A DNA stretch of 64,000 nucleotides from Eledone cirrhosa (GCA_964016885.1 OZ024750.1:1302001-1366000); one strand, 5' to 3'; numbered from the stretch's first letter, positions 41,965-54,976 are shown. Notes: a model not told the origin generated them from the sequence alone. Numbers and translations: made by a program.

Positions 41965-42545
41965 CACGTTGTTTAGTAGTTAGTGTATTCGACTTTCGAT
42001 TGTAAGGTCTGCCGCTGAGTTGTGGTCACTTTTTTTCACGTTGCTCCAATCCGCTCAACTGGCACAAAATGAGTGGTGCCAAAGTCCCAAACATATCACA
42101 TATTGTATCACGTTAAATCTCCCTGAAAACTACATTAAATCTTCAGGTGGTTGTGGAATACTCAGTCATATTCAGGTTAATTTCACGAGTCGTTGGCAGA
42201 GGTTCTAGGTACATAAAACATATCGAAGCAGTATGCCAGAATTGTTAAGAAATTCCCTTCACAATCATAAAATACTTGGTTGGGTTCGATCCTACTTGTT
42301 GATATATTGGTTGTCATTAGCAGAGCGGTGAGTCAGCTAAAGTCTCGTGAGTGAAATTCAGTAACTGAAAACTGATTAGAAATCCTTCGGATGGAGTGTA
42401 CCCGCAATTCAAAAGGACAACCCTGAAATTTACGTTAACGGTTCTCGTATGTGTGAAATATTCAGCCATTTATAACGTTAATTTCACCAGCAGACTGTTT
42501 CATTGATCGAAAGATTGAAAGAGTTATTGTCGAAATTAACGGAGG
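41965..42545 (+). mobile_element. Cluster of diverged SINE B/C fragments
   Basis: TTTCACGTTGCTCCAATCCGCTCAACTGGCA, AATCTCCCTGAAAACTAC and GTTAATTTCAC (twice) resemble 57500-57740. Confidence 0.65.
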
Positions 42546-42658
42546 CCTATTTTGCTGTAATTTGATTTCCAAACATGTAGAAACTTAAAGATTTATGCAG
42601 GGATGTGTAGCAGTATTGTCAGAAATGGCAAACATAATTAGTTTTATTATTCTACAGT

Positions 42659-42853
42659 GAAGGCGGTGGATTGGCAGTATCGGTAGAGGGTTGGACGCCA
42701 TGCTTTGACGCATAGAGTTACGGCCCTTGCCATTCAGAGTTCAAATCCCGCTGAGGTTAACTTTGCCTTTCATCCTTACGGGGTCGATAAAATAAAGTAG
42801 CAGTAATGTGCTGGGATAATTGCTGGCCTTGTGCCAAAAGTAGAAACAATTAT
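42659..42853 (+). mobile_element. SINE family A, short-tail, full length with 13-bp TSD
   Basis: ATTATTCTACAGT at 42646-42658 and 42849-42861. Confidence 0.92.
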
Positions 42854-43144
42854 TCTACAGTCAGAGTTCAAACCTTGACGCCTTTCACCATTCCATACAC
42901 ACTTTGGATTAACGACTGAATTGACCGTCCAGCTCACGTACGATGGTCAATGTATATACAAGAGTGTTTATTTGCATGTACTTCTGCCATATCACCCTCC
43001 AGCCATTTATCTATGTAGCAACGAAGGTTTTCTGTACTCCAATGTATATCTCCGGTTTTATTACGTTATGTAGAGGAGAGATAATTCTGAGTTGCATCAA
43101 TGGATACAAAATATGTATGTATATGTGAGTATGTATACATACAT

Positions 43145-43219
<75 letters not shown>

Positions 43220-43397
43220 CTTAAATTGTGTATAGTAAGAATGAAATTTAAGAGAATAATGTAGCTTTTGCGAAGGTTAATAAAACCACATCTATAATAT
43301 AGTTCAGTACACTCGGGGATACAAAATTGTTGAAACAAAAAGTGACCTGAATTGCCTGCGGGAATTTAAACATACGACTACCGTATGCCTGGAGGTC

Positions 43398-43497
43398 ATG
43401 GTGTAATACATGAAGTGGAATGATGGTGTAATACATGAAGTGGAATGATGGTGTAATACATGAAGTGGAATGATGGTGTAATACATCAAGTGGAATC
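43398..43497. repeat. 25-bp tandem repeat x4 (ATGGTGTAATACATGAAGTGGAATG)
   Basis: Directly visible. Confidence 0.95.
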
Positions 43498-43857
43498 CTA
43501 CTATTCCTTTCCCTTGAGGGAATTGCGTCTTTACAGGAATTAAACAAATTCTCTAACTAACTCATTCTCTCTAACTCTCTCTCTGTATGTGTATCTATGC
43601 AAAAATCAAACTCTCGTCTCTCACTCTACAGGACAGTGTTTGGCTTGTGTCAGACACTGTAATCCCGAGTGTACCAGCAACACCGTTGGCCCACCTCAAT
43701 GGTCGATGACTCTGGAGTTCTGTGTCCTTCGTTTGTATTTTTATTTTAAAAAAATAATTTTTTAAGGTTTCCCCTCACAAAATTACTTTCGTTCGTTGTC
43801 TTGTCCCCTCTTTGTTAACTTTCTTAAGTTATATATATATATATACGCACACATAAT

Positions 43858-43976
<119 letters not shown>

Positions 43977-44621
43977 TAATTAAAAAAAACGGGATGGCCA
44001 CGACAGGCATGAAACTAAATATCAACAAATAATCTCTTCTAATGTTAATAGCATTCAGAATTACATATGTAAAGTAAATGGACGTGGTTGAGAGAGAAAG
44101 AGAAAGAGTGAGAGTGTGGGGTGGATGAGATGCTGTCGGAGTTCGGCAAAGTGATGCATAGTAAATATAGAGATGGAAGGGACATGGGGGAAAATATGTA
44201 TAGACAGGGTAGAGCGAAGAAATTATATTTTAACATCTAGGCACATATATATATACACACATATACACACATATATACACATATACACACATATCTCCCC
44301 TCCTTAACATACAAAAGAGCACGTGTCCTCACACACAAACAAAAATACCTGCGCACGGATTCCTGAATAAAGTCACACGCGCAGTCATTTAAATGCAAGT
44401 GCGCATGTCTCTCTATATATATATCACAGAGTGTGTGTATGTGTATGTGTATATATATATATGTGTGTACATATAGAGATGTATACGGATGGCTGGAACA
44501 AGTAAAAGAGTAAAAGAATATATATACATTTAAAATTATGTATTATGATATGTTCATACATATAGTTAGATTTTATGTGTGTTTGTATGAGTGTGTGCAT
44601 GTATTTGCGATTCTGTGATTA

Positions 44622-44830
44622 TGTGTGTGTGTGTAAGTGTGCGCGTGTATAGGTGTCTAAGTGTGCGCGCGTGTGTGTGTGTAAGTGCGCGCGCGTGTGT
44701 GTGTGTAAGTGTGCGCGCGTGTGTGTGTGTAAGTGCGCGCGCGTGTGTGTGTGTGTAAGTGTGCGCGCGTGTGTGTGTGTATGTAAGTGTGCGCGCGCGT
44801 GTGTGTGTAAGTGTGCGCGCGTGTGTGTGC
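44622..44830. repeat. TAAGTGTGCGCGCGTGTGTGTGTG minisatellite (alternating purine-pyrimidine)
   Basis: About 8 units of 22-26 bp. Confidence 0.9.
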
Positions 44831-45135
44831 AGTGAACGTTGACAGGAAATTATTAAAAAGATGCGTAACTGTCATGATTTTAATCTCATCAGACAACCAG
44901 CCAACCAACCATTATTCCGTCCACACACACACAGGCTTTCAGACAACATATACACATATATACACATATACACACATATATACACATATACACACATATA
45001 TAAACATATACACATAGATACGCCCATACAAACAACACACGAATATATTAAAAATAATCACGATGTCAGAAATATTGTTTACACTATGACAACGTTATAT
45101 ATACGTATATACACACATACACATTCACCCATACA

Positions 45136-45170
<35 letters not shown>

Positions 45171-45171
45171 A

Positions 45172-45225
<54 letters not shown>

Positions 45226-45284
45226 TGTGTGTGTGTTACGTTTCGAACACCAAATGCGAATAAATACGATAGAAGAAGTATAAC

Positions 45285-45793
45285 ATAAGAAGAATAAGAA
45301 TAATAATAAGAAGAACAACAACAACAGCAACAACAACAACAACAACAACAGCAACGGCAGCACACCTTAAACTTGGCAAGAATTAGAACAGTAAGAAAGA
45401 AAAGAGAAAGAAAAGAGAAAGAAAAGAGAAAGAAAAGAGAAAGAAAAGAGAAAGAACAAAGATTAATGAAGGTAAGAAGAAAGAGTTAATAACTAAGGGA
45501 GGAGGAGGAGGAGGAGGAGGAGGAGGAAGAAAAGTTGAGAGAGAATCAATGATAGAGTTAGTATTTAAGTCTGATTACGGTTGGTTGTTTAATGTAAACA
45601 AAATAGAAGAAATGAGAGCAACAGGTTCTTGGTGGTTGGGGAGGGTGGGAGGGCCACAGCCGAACATCACCGGTAAACAGTAGTAGTAATATAGTATTAC
45701 TACTACTACTACTACTACCACTACTACTACTACTACCACTACTACTACTACTACTATTACCACTACTATTATTATTATTACTATTATTATTAT

Positions 45794-45826
<33 letters not shown>

Positions 45827-46436
45827 ACTATTACTACTTTCAGCAACAGCTGCTGCAGCAAGGAGAACACTCAGCAGCAGCAACAATAGCTGCAACAGCA
45901 GCATCTGTAGCAGCAACTACAACTACCCCCTCCTCCCTCCACTATACTGAACCTTATGAGTAACAAATAATAACAAGCACAACAATAATATAAAAATAAA
46001 AGAAAGTATATAAGAAAAGCTAAAGATATCTGCAAGACATAGCTGCAGCAGAGAGAGAGGGACATCAGCAGCAGAGAGAGGGACATCATCAGCGTTAGGA
46101 GTAGTATAACCTTAAGTACTAGCAGCAGCGAACAGCGCATCATCATCATCATTGTCAACACCATTATAACCATCATCAGCATCATAAACATCAAGATAAT
46201 TATCACCATCATCAACATCGTCAGCATTATCAGCAACATCAAGATTATTATCATCAGCACCATCATCATCATCATTAGCAGCAAGATATCATTTTCACGT
46301 TAAACATCATCCCCTTCATCATTAACACCATGAGATAATCATCATTAATATCACGATCATCATCATCGTCTTAGTTCTATCTGTCGTCGTTGTAATCATC
46401 ATCATCATCATTGTTGTCAGTATCATCATTATCCCC
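45285..46436. repeat. Trinucleotide and low-complexity block (AAC, AAGAG, GGA, TAC, CAG, ATC)
   Basis: Directly visible. Confidence 0.9.
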
Positions 46437-46438
46437 AT

Positions 46439-46834
46439 CAACAGCATCAATGGTCAGTTGTGGCCACCAGCTACACACAACAGCATCAATGGTCAGTTGT
46501 GGCCACCAGCTACACACAACAGCATCAATGGTCAGTTGTGGCCACCAGCTACACACAACAGCATCAATGGTCAGTTGTGGCCACCAGCTACACACAACAG
46601 CATCAATGGTCAGTTGTGGCCACCAGCTACACACAACAGCATCAATGGTCAGTTGTGGCCACCAGCTACACACAACAGCAACAATGGTCAGTTGTGGCCA
46701 CCAGCTACACACAACAGCATCAATGGTCAGTTGTGGCCACCAGCTACACACAACAGCATCAATGGTCAGTTGTGGCCACCAGCTACACACAACAGCATCA
46801 ATGGTCAGTTGTGGCCACCAGCTACACACAACAG
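46439..46834. repeat. 39-bp minisatellite x10 (CAACAGCATCAATGGTCAGTTGTGGCCACCAGCTACACA)
   Basis: Ten near-identical units, one substitution at ~46681. Confidence 0.97.
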
Positions 46835-46953
46835 CTGCATCAGTGATAGATATAAAAATAACAAAACCAAAAACAAGAACAAACAAAAATATAAGAAGAA
46901 ACAAGTAGAACAAAACCTTCTTCTGATGATAACAATAGAAATAGCTGATGACC

Positions 46954-47165
46954 GTTTCTGATTTAGGAACAAGGTCAGCAATTTCAAGGGGAGGGGAAAG
47001 TCGATTAAATTGATCCCAGTGTATTACTGGTACTTCCTTTTATCGACCCTGTAAGGATAAAAGCGAAGCTAAACTCAACGAAATTTGAACTTCTAACATA
47101 AAGGACCGTATGTATATGTCCCATAGCATATTATCCGATGATCTACCGATGCTGCTGTTCCACTG
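46954..47165 (-). mobile_element. SINE family A, long-tail, diverged
   Basis: Reverse match including AAGGGGAGGGGAAAGTCGATTAAAT. Confidence 0.85.
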
Positions 47166-47980
47166 AAATATGATAGCCACACGAGACCTCAATTAAACAT
47201 AAGTTAGTTAGAAAAGAGAAATAGATTATTGTTTCGGTAATGGTATGTTGGTGGTTGGGGTGGTTGGGTTGGTTGTGTTGGTTGTGGTATTGGTTCTGGT
47301 AGCAGGACATGTGTTTGACCTCTACACCCCAGTATACTCCAGGACGTTACGTAATCGGATATATGAAATGGATACAGCCGGAGTAATCGAAACCGGATAA
47401 CAGGAACTGGTACGCATATGTTTCTTATCTCTCTCTCTAATCGACGCCGTCAGATATCGATCCATCCAATAATATCAGCGATGACAATCAAAACAAACCT
47501 GGAAAAACTCTACGTGGTCAATTTTGCCTGCTAGAAATAAGAACGAAATATCCCTCGAATATTCCTTCGTTGTTTTTTAATAAATGAATAAAATTAAATT
47601 AAAAAAATATAAATTGAAATGAAAAAGACGGGAGAGCCAGACGGTATAATGTGAAACTAGATAGATGTTATGTGAAACTAGATAGGCATTATGTGAAGAA
47701 TAGAAGACAGCTTGGTCAAGTTTGTAATACCTTTATTCACAGGTGTGTGTTATATCAGGACTGACCTGTGGTTAAACAACAATAACAGTAAAGAGAAGAG
47801 ATCTTAGAATACAAATATAGGAAAAATCTCAAAAGTATACACAAATGTCACATTCACAGACGCGGGGTTACACACACACACACACGCCAGCTCACACGCA
47901 CTCCTATTCACACACACACATACTTGTGTGTGTGTGTGTGTTAAAATACAAAATATATATATAACAACAAACATTTAATA

Positions 47981-48069
<89 letters not shown>

Positions 48070-48329
48070 CCTCAGGTCTAAACACGTGTTGCTTGATTAA
48101 CTGCTTAAAGGGGACAAAGAACTAAGATAAAGGGAAGAAAATATTAAAGGAAAACAACCCAGTCTGCCGTACGTCCGGTAATGTTGGACCTCCATCACTT
48201 CCGACGACGAGCTTTCCAGATGTTTGAATAACGGGGGAAAAAAATCATCCTTCTCGCGAGATTAACATCTACGTGGCTAGCATTGTTCAGACACGTGGGC
48301 CTGAAACTTAATATTTAGGGAGATTAAAC

Positions 48330-48713
48330 CTGACGCAATGTGTGACAAGGCTGACAAGGTGTGACAAGGTGTGACAAGGCTGTCAAGGCTGACAATGTGT
48401 GACAAGGCTGACAATGTGTGGCAAGGCTGTCAAGGCTGACAAGGTGTGACAAGGTGTGACAAGGTGTGACAAGGCTGCAAGGCTGACAATGTGTGACAAG
48501 GTGTGACAAGGTGTGACAAGACTGTCAAGGCTGACAATGTGTGACAAGGCTGACAAGATGTGACAAGGCTGTCAAGGCTGAAAAGATGTGACAAGGCTGT
48601 CAAGGCTGACAAGATGTGACAAAGCTGTCAAGGCTGACAATGTGTGACAGGGCTGACAATGTGTGACAAAACTGACAAGGTGTGACAAGGCTGACAAGGT
48701 GTGACAAGGCTGA
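48330..48713. repeat. Minisatellite of 9-10-bp TGACAAGG variants
   Basis: About 40 interleaved TGTGACAAGG / CTGACAAGG / CTGTCAAGG units. Confidence 0.92.
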
Positions 48714-49223
48714 ACTACAGGTAAAGTCAATCCGACGGGCATTTAAAATATAACCATCTAGCCAGTATGACTAACAAAATATGGGTTACCTCTAGAGTCA
48801 TGTTAAATGTCACTTGCCCAAGATACCACACAGAGGGTTCGAACTTCATCCCTAATAGTTACCAAGGGAACTTCTTAACCATTCAGCCATGTTGTATCCA
48901 CACCACAGCAAATATTGTTATGTTATTATTGTTTATTTTGGACTAGTCCTTCACAGATTACCAAACTTTAATCACTAACGGCGTTCCAGATGTGACCATA
49001 CGATCAATTTTCTTGTAATTATTATATTTAGATTCCATTATCTAATGTCATTTACATGTGTTTTGTTTATCTTTAGGATGTGATTTAAAAAAAAAAGAAT
49101 TAGCTGTTGTTTCTAACAGAACGGGGACAACCACGAGGGGAAAGACATTTCCGATCTTTTGTTTTTAAGTAATATTACACGTAATATACACACATACATA
49201 TATATATATACACATACATATAT

Positions 49224-49276
<53 letters not shown>

Positions 49277-49383
49277 TACACACACACACACATATATATA
49301 CACACACACATATATATATATATATGTATATGTATATGTATATATGTATATACACACATACATATGTATATACACACATATAT

Positions 49384-49437
<54 letters not shown>

Positions 49438-49765
49438 TCATTTCAGCAAGTTATAATGTAATAACGATCCGTTAAAACCTCCAATTCCAGGACGTTCAAC
49501 TACCAGCAATATATAGATTGTTGAACTTAACGTCATATTTTGCCAATAAATATTTATTCCATTCTTCCACAATCCTACCTGATATTCCACTAGAAATACT
49601 GAGGCTTCAGCGAGCCTTACTCTCCTCGTTTCTGTATTCATCCCAGCAGTTTGATTAGTCAGTGTTCTTGTCTGTCCGACAGAAACTCTTCATCAGTTTG
49701 TTTAGATATTCGTTTGTATGTTTGCCTCTGCCTCTCGCTTTCTCTCTCTCCTTCCCTCAATATTT

Positions 49766-49810
<45 letters not shown>

Positions 49811-49831
49811 AATCTACAAACACACACACGC

Positions 49832-49865
<34 letters not shown>

Positions 49866-49974
49866 TATATATATATAAATATATATATATACGCATATGC
49901 ACTCATATATATAAATACATAAATAAATATAAAGTATATAATTATACAAATACTCACACTCAATATTGCCTATA

Positions 49975-50002
<28 letters not shown>

Positions 50003-50006
<4 letters not shown>

Positions 50007-50160
50007 GGAAAAAGTATGACCCCGACGGCAGAGCTCAAGCCGTTCCGACGGCTATTTCTGGGGTCATACTTTTTCCTATTTCCCACTCTACTACCCTAAG
50101 TATTGAGTACTCTGGTGCGTTATGGTCCATCTGGTTCCTTACCACAATTCCTTTGTTATA
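50003..50160. mobile_element. Small fold-back element between TA tracts, related to 63695-63840
   Basis: ATAGGAAAAAGTATGACCCC / GGGGTCATACTTTTTCCTAT 20-bp perfect arms; downstream ACTCTACTAC..AAGTAT.GAGTACTCTG shared with ~63768. Confidence 0.7.
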
Positions 50161-50556
50161 TTATATATATATAAATATAAATATCGCAAAAATATCACAG
50201 AACATCGCAAAGTATCCCCCACCCTTCCGTCCACCCCATCCCTAGCAAATAAAAATAAAAAGAGATACATTACAGAAATGGTATGAGAGTTGGGTTACCT
50301 TATCCAAGGGCGGACTGGTTTAGCCTCTCCATCGAAGCTGGAACTCTTAATATCAAACTTTCCTTGTCGTTGCATTCCTTACCACTAGTAACAACGGTAC
50401 AAGTGGCTGTGATGCTATTGGACTATCTTGTCCAAAATTTCTAACACTTGCCAGACCAATCACTATATATTCTTAGATATATTCTCATGAAAAAATAATG
50501 ATATTGGAGTAAAAAAAAAAAATAGAAATATAAGATTCCACTTGTCCAGGTATACG

Positions 50557-50589
<33 letters not shown>

Positions 50590-50988
50590 TATATATATTT
50601 TTTTTTTCGCTTCTGCAGTTCAACAAGCAGAACCGGCAACTATTATTAACAGTATTAACAAAAATATTAGTAGTAGTAGTAGTAGTTGTAGTAGTAGTGG
50701 TGTGCTTGTGTTAGTAGTGGCGGTGGTATAGTGAGTTTGGTGGTAGTGATAGTAAATTTAATTTTTTACATTGATACATTACATATCGGTGGAATATATA
50801 AATACGTATGTCTCTTATTGACTCTCTCTTGCTGTCCTCTAATTATTAACTTTCATCCACCATTTGTTGCTTCTTTCTCCCCTTCCTCTCACTTTCACTC
50901 ATATTCCCATCTCCCCCTTCGCTCCCATCTTTATTGAATTCAAACCAACTTAACGGTCACGCATACTTTTTGCATACATATACACACG

Positions 50989-51027
<39 letters not shown>

Positions 51028-52447
51028 CACACACACACATGTATGTCATATATATTATATATGATATATATATTGTATATAATATATATACTATAATATA
51101 TATATATACATATATTATAATATATATATTGTATAATATATATATACGTATATATAATATATATTGTATAATATATATATACATATATTATATATAATAT
51201 ATGTATATTTTGTATAATATATATATACATATATATTATATATAATATATATACATATATTATAATTTATATATTGTATAATATATATATACATATATAT
51301 AATATATATATTGTATAATATATATTTTATATAATATATATTTTATAATATATATATACATATATATATAATATATATTTTATAATATTAAATTTATTGA
51401 ATATAATATATATATTTTGTATAATATATATATACATATATATTATCTAAAATATATATACACGCGCGCGCCCACACTCAGATATTCATATTAACTAGAC
51501 AGATAGATAGAGAGTTGGAATAAGAGAGAGAGAGAGAGAGAGAGAGTGAGAGAGAGAGAGAGGTGAGTGTGAAAGTAAGGGAGAGGGAAGAGGAAAAATA
51601 AGACAATAAAGTATGTTAGATGTTTACAGTGTCTCGATATTAACCTCACTCCTTGCTCTCCCACTCACTAAATTAGAACTCATCCTCAATCTTGCTCACA
51701 CTCCTCACTCCCACTCCTTCTCTATTCCTCGCCCTCCGCCTACCTCATCTTCCTCCCCTCCGCCTTCTCCCCCACTATCGTCAATACTTTCTTGGTCACA
51801 CTTATTCACTCTTCTTCATCATCATCATCATCTTCTTCATCTCTTTTTCGTCCTGCCCCACCACCTCACTTTCACCCATCTTCCTATATTTTCCCTCACA
51901 AACAGAAAACTCTCCTCACCACCAGCCGGCCCGACATCCCACCAACACCACCCAGCCCCACCACCAGTTAGCCCGACACCCCCATCACCACCCCACCGCC
52001 ACCTCAATCTCAGAGCCCTTTCAATTTATTACTTCTTCAATCTCACAGTTCACTTCCCAACACCTTCCCATCATTTTCTCCTGTTTTCCATTTTCTTCCC
52101 TTCTGCCGACAGTCATCTTTCTTTATATTTCGTTTCATAGCTTTTATTTTACAAGCAATTTCCGATTTTGGCGCTATTACGGGCAAACATAGGTACTTAT
52201 GCTCATCAACAGACACACATACAGTCACACACACACACACACACACACAGACAGAAGCAGTCACACACACACAGAAGCAGTCACACACAAATAGATACAT
52301 ACATTTATATAAACTTACACACACACTTTGAAATTTCTCTAGATTGAATTGGATCCCTCTCTGGGAATTAAGTACCTGTAAAGATAAACACAGTGAGAAA
52401 AACAAGCACGCACACACACACACACACACACATATATATGTGGTGTA

Positions 52448-52539
<92 letters not shown>

Positions 52540-52820
52540 ATACAGAGAGAAAGAGAGTGAGCGATATAAATATATTCGTACATACATAAATAGAGAATAG
52601 ATGGATGCAGGCATGCAACTGCCCCCACCCACATGTATATATATATTTGTATAATGAACACGAGAAGTACTTTATACGTGATGTAGAGAAGTATAATTAT
52701 ATTTTCGTGTCTGGAGTTTTCTGCTTAGATTTTATGTTTCACGAAAACACTTATGAAACTTCAATAGCAGAAGCCAGGAGCCGAAAATATCGGTGTTTAT
52801 ATATATATATATACATACAT

Positions 52821-53081
52821 ATAAAATAAGAGGAGGCTGGACTGGTGTAATTCCTTAAAGGTTTATTATACTATGAACATTTCAATGACCGGGTATAGTA
52901 TGAATCCGGTGACATCATCGGGTATTCGAAATCTAACAAAGGAATATAATCCATGGGGCTGAAAAGGCAGAGAGACAAGAAGCCGGCCACACATTTAGCA
53001 GTCTCTAATTCGGTCATTGAAATATTCATAGTATAATAAACCTTTAACGAATTACACCAGTCCAGCTTCCTGTTATTTTAT
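52821..53081. mobile_element. Fold-back element in TA tract with 71-bp inverted arms
   Basis: Arms 52821-52891 and 53011-53081. Confidence 0.8.
52868..52925 (-). ncRNA. Hammerhead-like motif with variant core (CCGAUGA)
   Basis: Minus strand AUAC-CCGAUGA-UGUCACCGG...CCGGUCAUU-GAAA-UGUUCA-UA|GUAU. Confidence 0.6.
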
Positions 53082-53093
53082 AATATATATATA

Positions 53094-53433
53094 TATATAA
53101 TACAAAACGAAAAATCAGTGATGCATCTGAACTCAATTTATTGTGTGTTACAATTGTTTCGCCGGCAGACAGCTCGAGGCACGATCATTGTATTATTGTA
53201 TGGATCTGTCTGATTCTGGACCTGCAGGTTCGTCGGACACTTGTAATGATTGATTACAAGTGTCCGACGAACCTGCCTCGAGCTGTCTGCCGGCGAAACA
53301 ATTGTAACACACAATACATTGAGTTCAGATGCATCACTGATTTTTCGTTTTGTATTATATCACACTCTGCTCTGTAAGAACATAGAGTGCTCAACCGGCA
53401 TATAGCCCATGGTACCATCTTAGCTACCATCAG

Positions 53434-53435
<2 letters not shown>
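53094..53435. mobile_element. Fold-back element with asymmetric arms; same family as 56126-56375
   Basis: Outer arms 53094-53181 / 53274-53360, inner hairpin 53224-53247 / 53253-53276; tail 53360-53435 is the reverse complement counterpart of ~56130-56207. Confidence 0.82.
53260..53310 (+). ncRNA. Hammerhead-like motif with variant core (CCGACGA) and palindromic stem III
   Basis: GTGT-CCGACGA(53264-53270)...GAAA(53295-53298)-CAATTG-TA|ACAC; a longer mirror copy lies on the minus strand ~53144-53240. Confidence 0.55.
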
Positions 53436-53465
<30 letters not shown>

Positions 53466-53510
53466 GTATGTAAGTATGTGTGTGTGTCCGTGTGTGTGTG
53501 TATGTATGTA

Positions 53511-53647
53511 TACGAAGGTGGGCCGAAAAGGTTCACATACTGACTATGAGGGAGTGATGCTAGAGCTGTGAAATCTTGCACCCATTAATTTCAACTTGTT
53601 CTTGGAAGGGATTATGTTGAAACAGAACCTCATTTGGTCACTCCGTA
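53511..53647. mobile_element. MITE M1, partial
   Basis: TACGAAGGTGGGCCGAAAAGGTTCAC...GCTAGAGCTGTGAAATCTTGCA...CCTCATTTGGTCA. Confidence 0.8.
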
Positions 53648-54235
53648 TATGTCCAAGAATATAGAAATATAACTGCAGGAATCTAAAGCGCTACATACAT
53701 GCAAGAGAAATTAAAAGAGTTAGATATCTTTAAATCACATATGATCAAAAATGTCGATATTCTTATAGACATTTGCAGCGTTCTCGATATTATAACCTTT
53801 CATTTTAAACTATGGAACTTTAACAAAACATATGTGTATATTAGGAATCCTCTTCATGCTTGATCATTTGAATATAGATCTTATAAGACATGTTTCTCTG
53901 AAGATACAACACAAATATGCTTTGAAAAGCAAGTAAATTTTTGAATGAATGAATAAACATTTTCATAGAAACGGAGAACCAAATCTATTTTCTGTTGATC
54001 AAATAATGGGAGCAATAATATGGGACAAAGATACAACAGGTAGAATATGTTATACTATTATTGTTGGTATATTTAATCTGGAATTACACAGTCTTGGCAG
54101 CATGAACAACTTGTATTAACGTCCATACACACACACTTATATAAATACATACACGCACACATACATACATGCACACATACATACGTTCGTACATACATAC
54201 ATTACACACATTTATGTGTGTGTGTGTATGTGTTA

Positions 54236-54350
54236 ATGTTGGCTGATGATGCTACACTTGTTGAAACATCCATCGAAGAGGCACAAGAGTTTAGGAACCG
54301 CTTCTGATGTGGGACCAGTGTACGAAAAGACGAAACTTTTCCTACTATAT
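54236..54350 (+). mobile_element. Small LINE RT fragment (RTE-like)
   Basis: LADDATLVETSIEEAQEF resembles the (Y/F)ADD catalytic motif and following helix. Confidence 0.55.
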
Positions 54351-54410
54351 CAACCGTTAAACTTTTCCATTGTACAGTATATTTGACTTTAATTTTTCCC
54401 TATACTTTTC

Positions 54411-54467
<57 letters not shown>

Positions 54468-54905
54468 GATCTAGATATATATACATACATCTATGAGAGC
54501 GTAGTCCTGCATGCATTAATAAGTCAATAGATTATAAGACACATACACATAGTATTATAATCAAGTTTGAATATTTGTATATGCATACATGCAAATAAAC
54601 CTACCTACCTACCTACATATACATTTACACACACACACACACATATATATATAAAGTACATATGGCCATATGCTGGAGCACAGACGAACACACATACGCA
54701 CAGGCGGAGAAAATCAAGGCAACAGAAACTCAAATATCCATACAAATTATTTCAAAATGGAAGTAACTAATCCTGTTCAAAGTAGTCCAGCTGTTGTCAC
54801 TCAATATTTCAGTCATCCCTCCCTCTTTTTCTGTATATATATATATATAAAACACATATATATGTATGCATATGTGTGTATATAGACACGCGCTCATACA
54901 CACAA

Positions 54906-54976
<71 letters not shown>

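Noticed and set aside
42659-42755. tRNA gene
   Set aside because: A and B boxes are present but there is no cloverleaf, and the sequence continues into the dispersed SINE body
43631-43710. Plus-strand exon after CTCTCACTCTACAG acceptor
   Set aside because: Short frame ending in a stop, no partner exons or recognisable product
46439-46834. CRISPR-like array
   Set aside because: Units are contiguous and identical with no unique spacers, no cas genes are present, and the context is eukaryotic
49625-49700. Minus-strand CUGAUGA...GAAAC hammerhead candidate
   Set aside because: No convincing stem III/UH site or stem I pairing could be built
51613-52192. Pro/His/Ser-rich ORFs of 166-175 aa
   Set aside because: C/T-rich low-complexity sequence without a recognisable domain
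54243-54340. CTGATGA...GAAAC hammerhead candidate
   Set aside because: Better explained as ADD codons of a LINE RT fragment; stems do not pair
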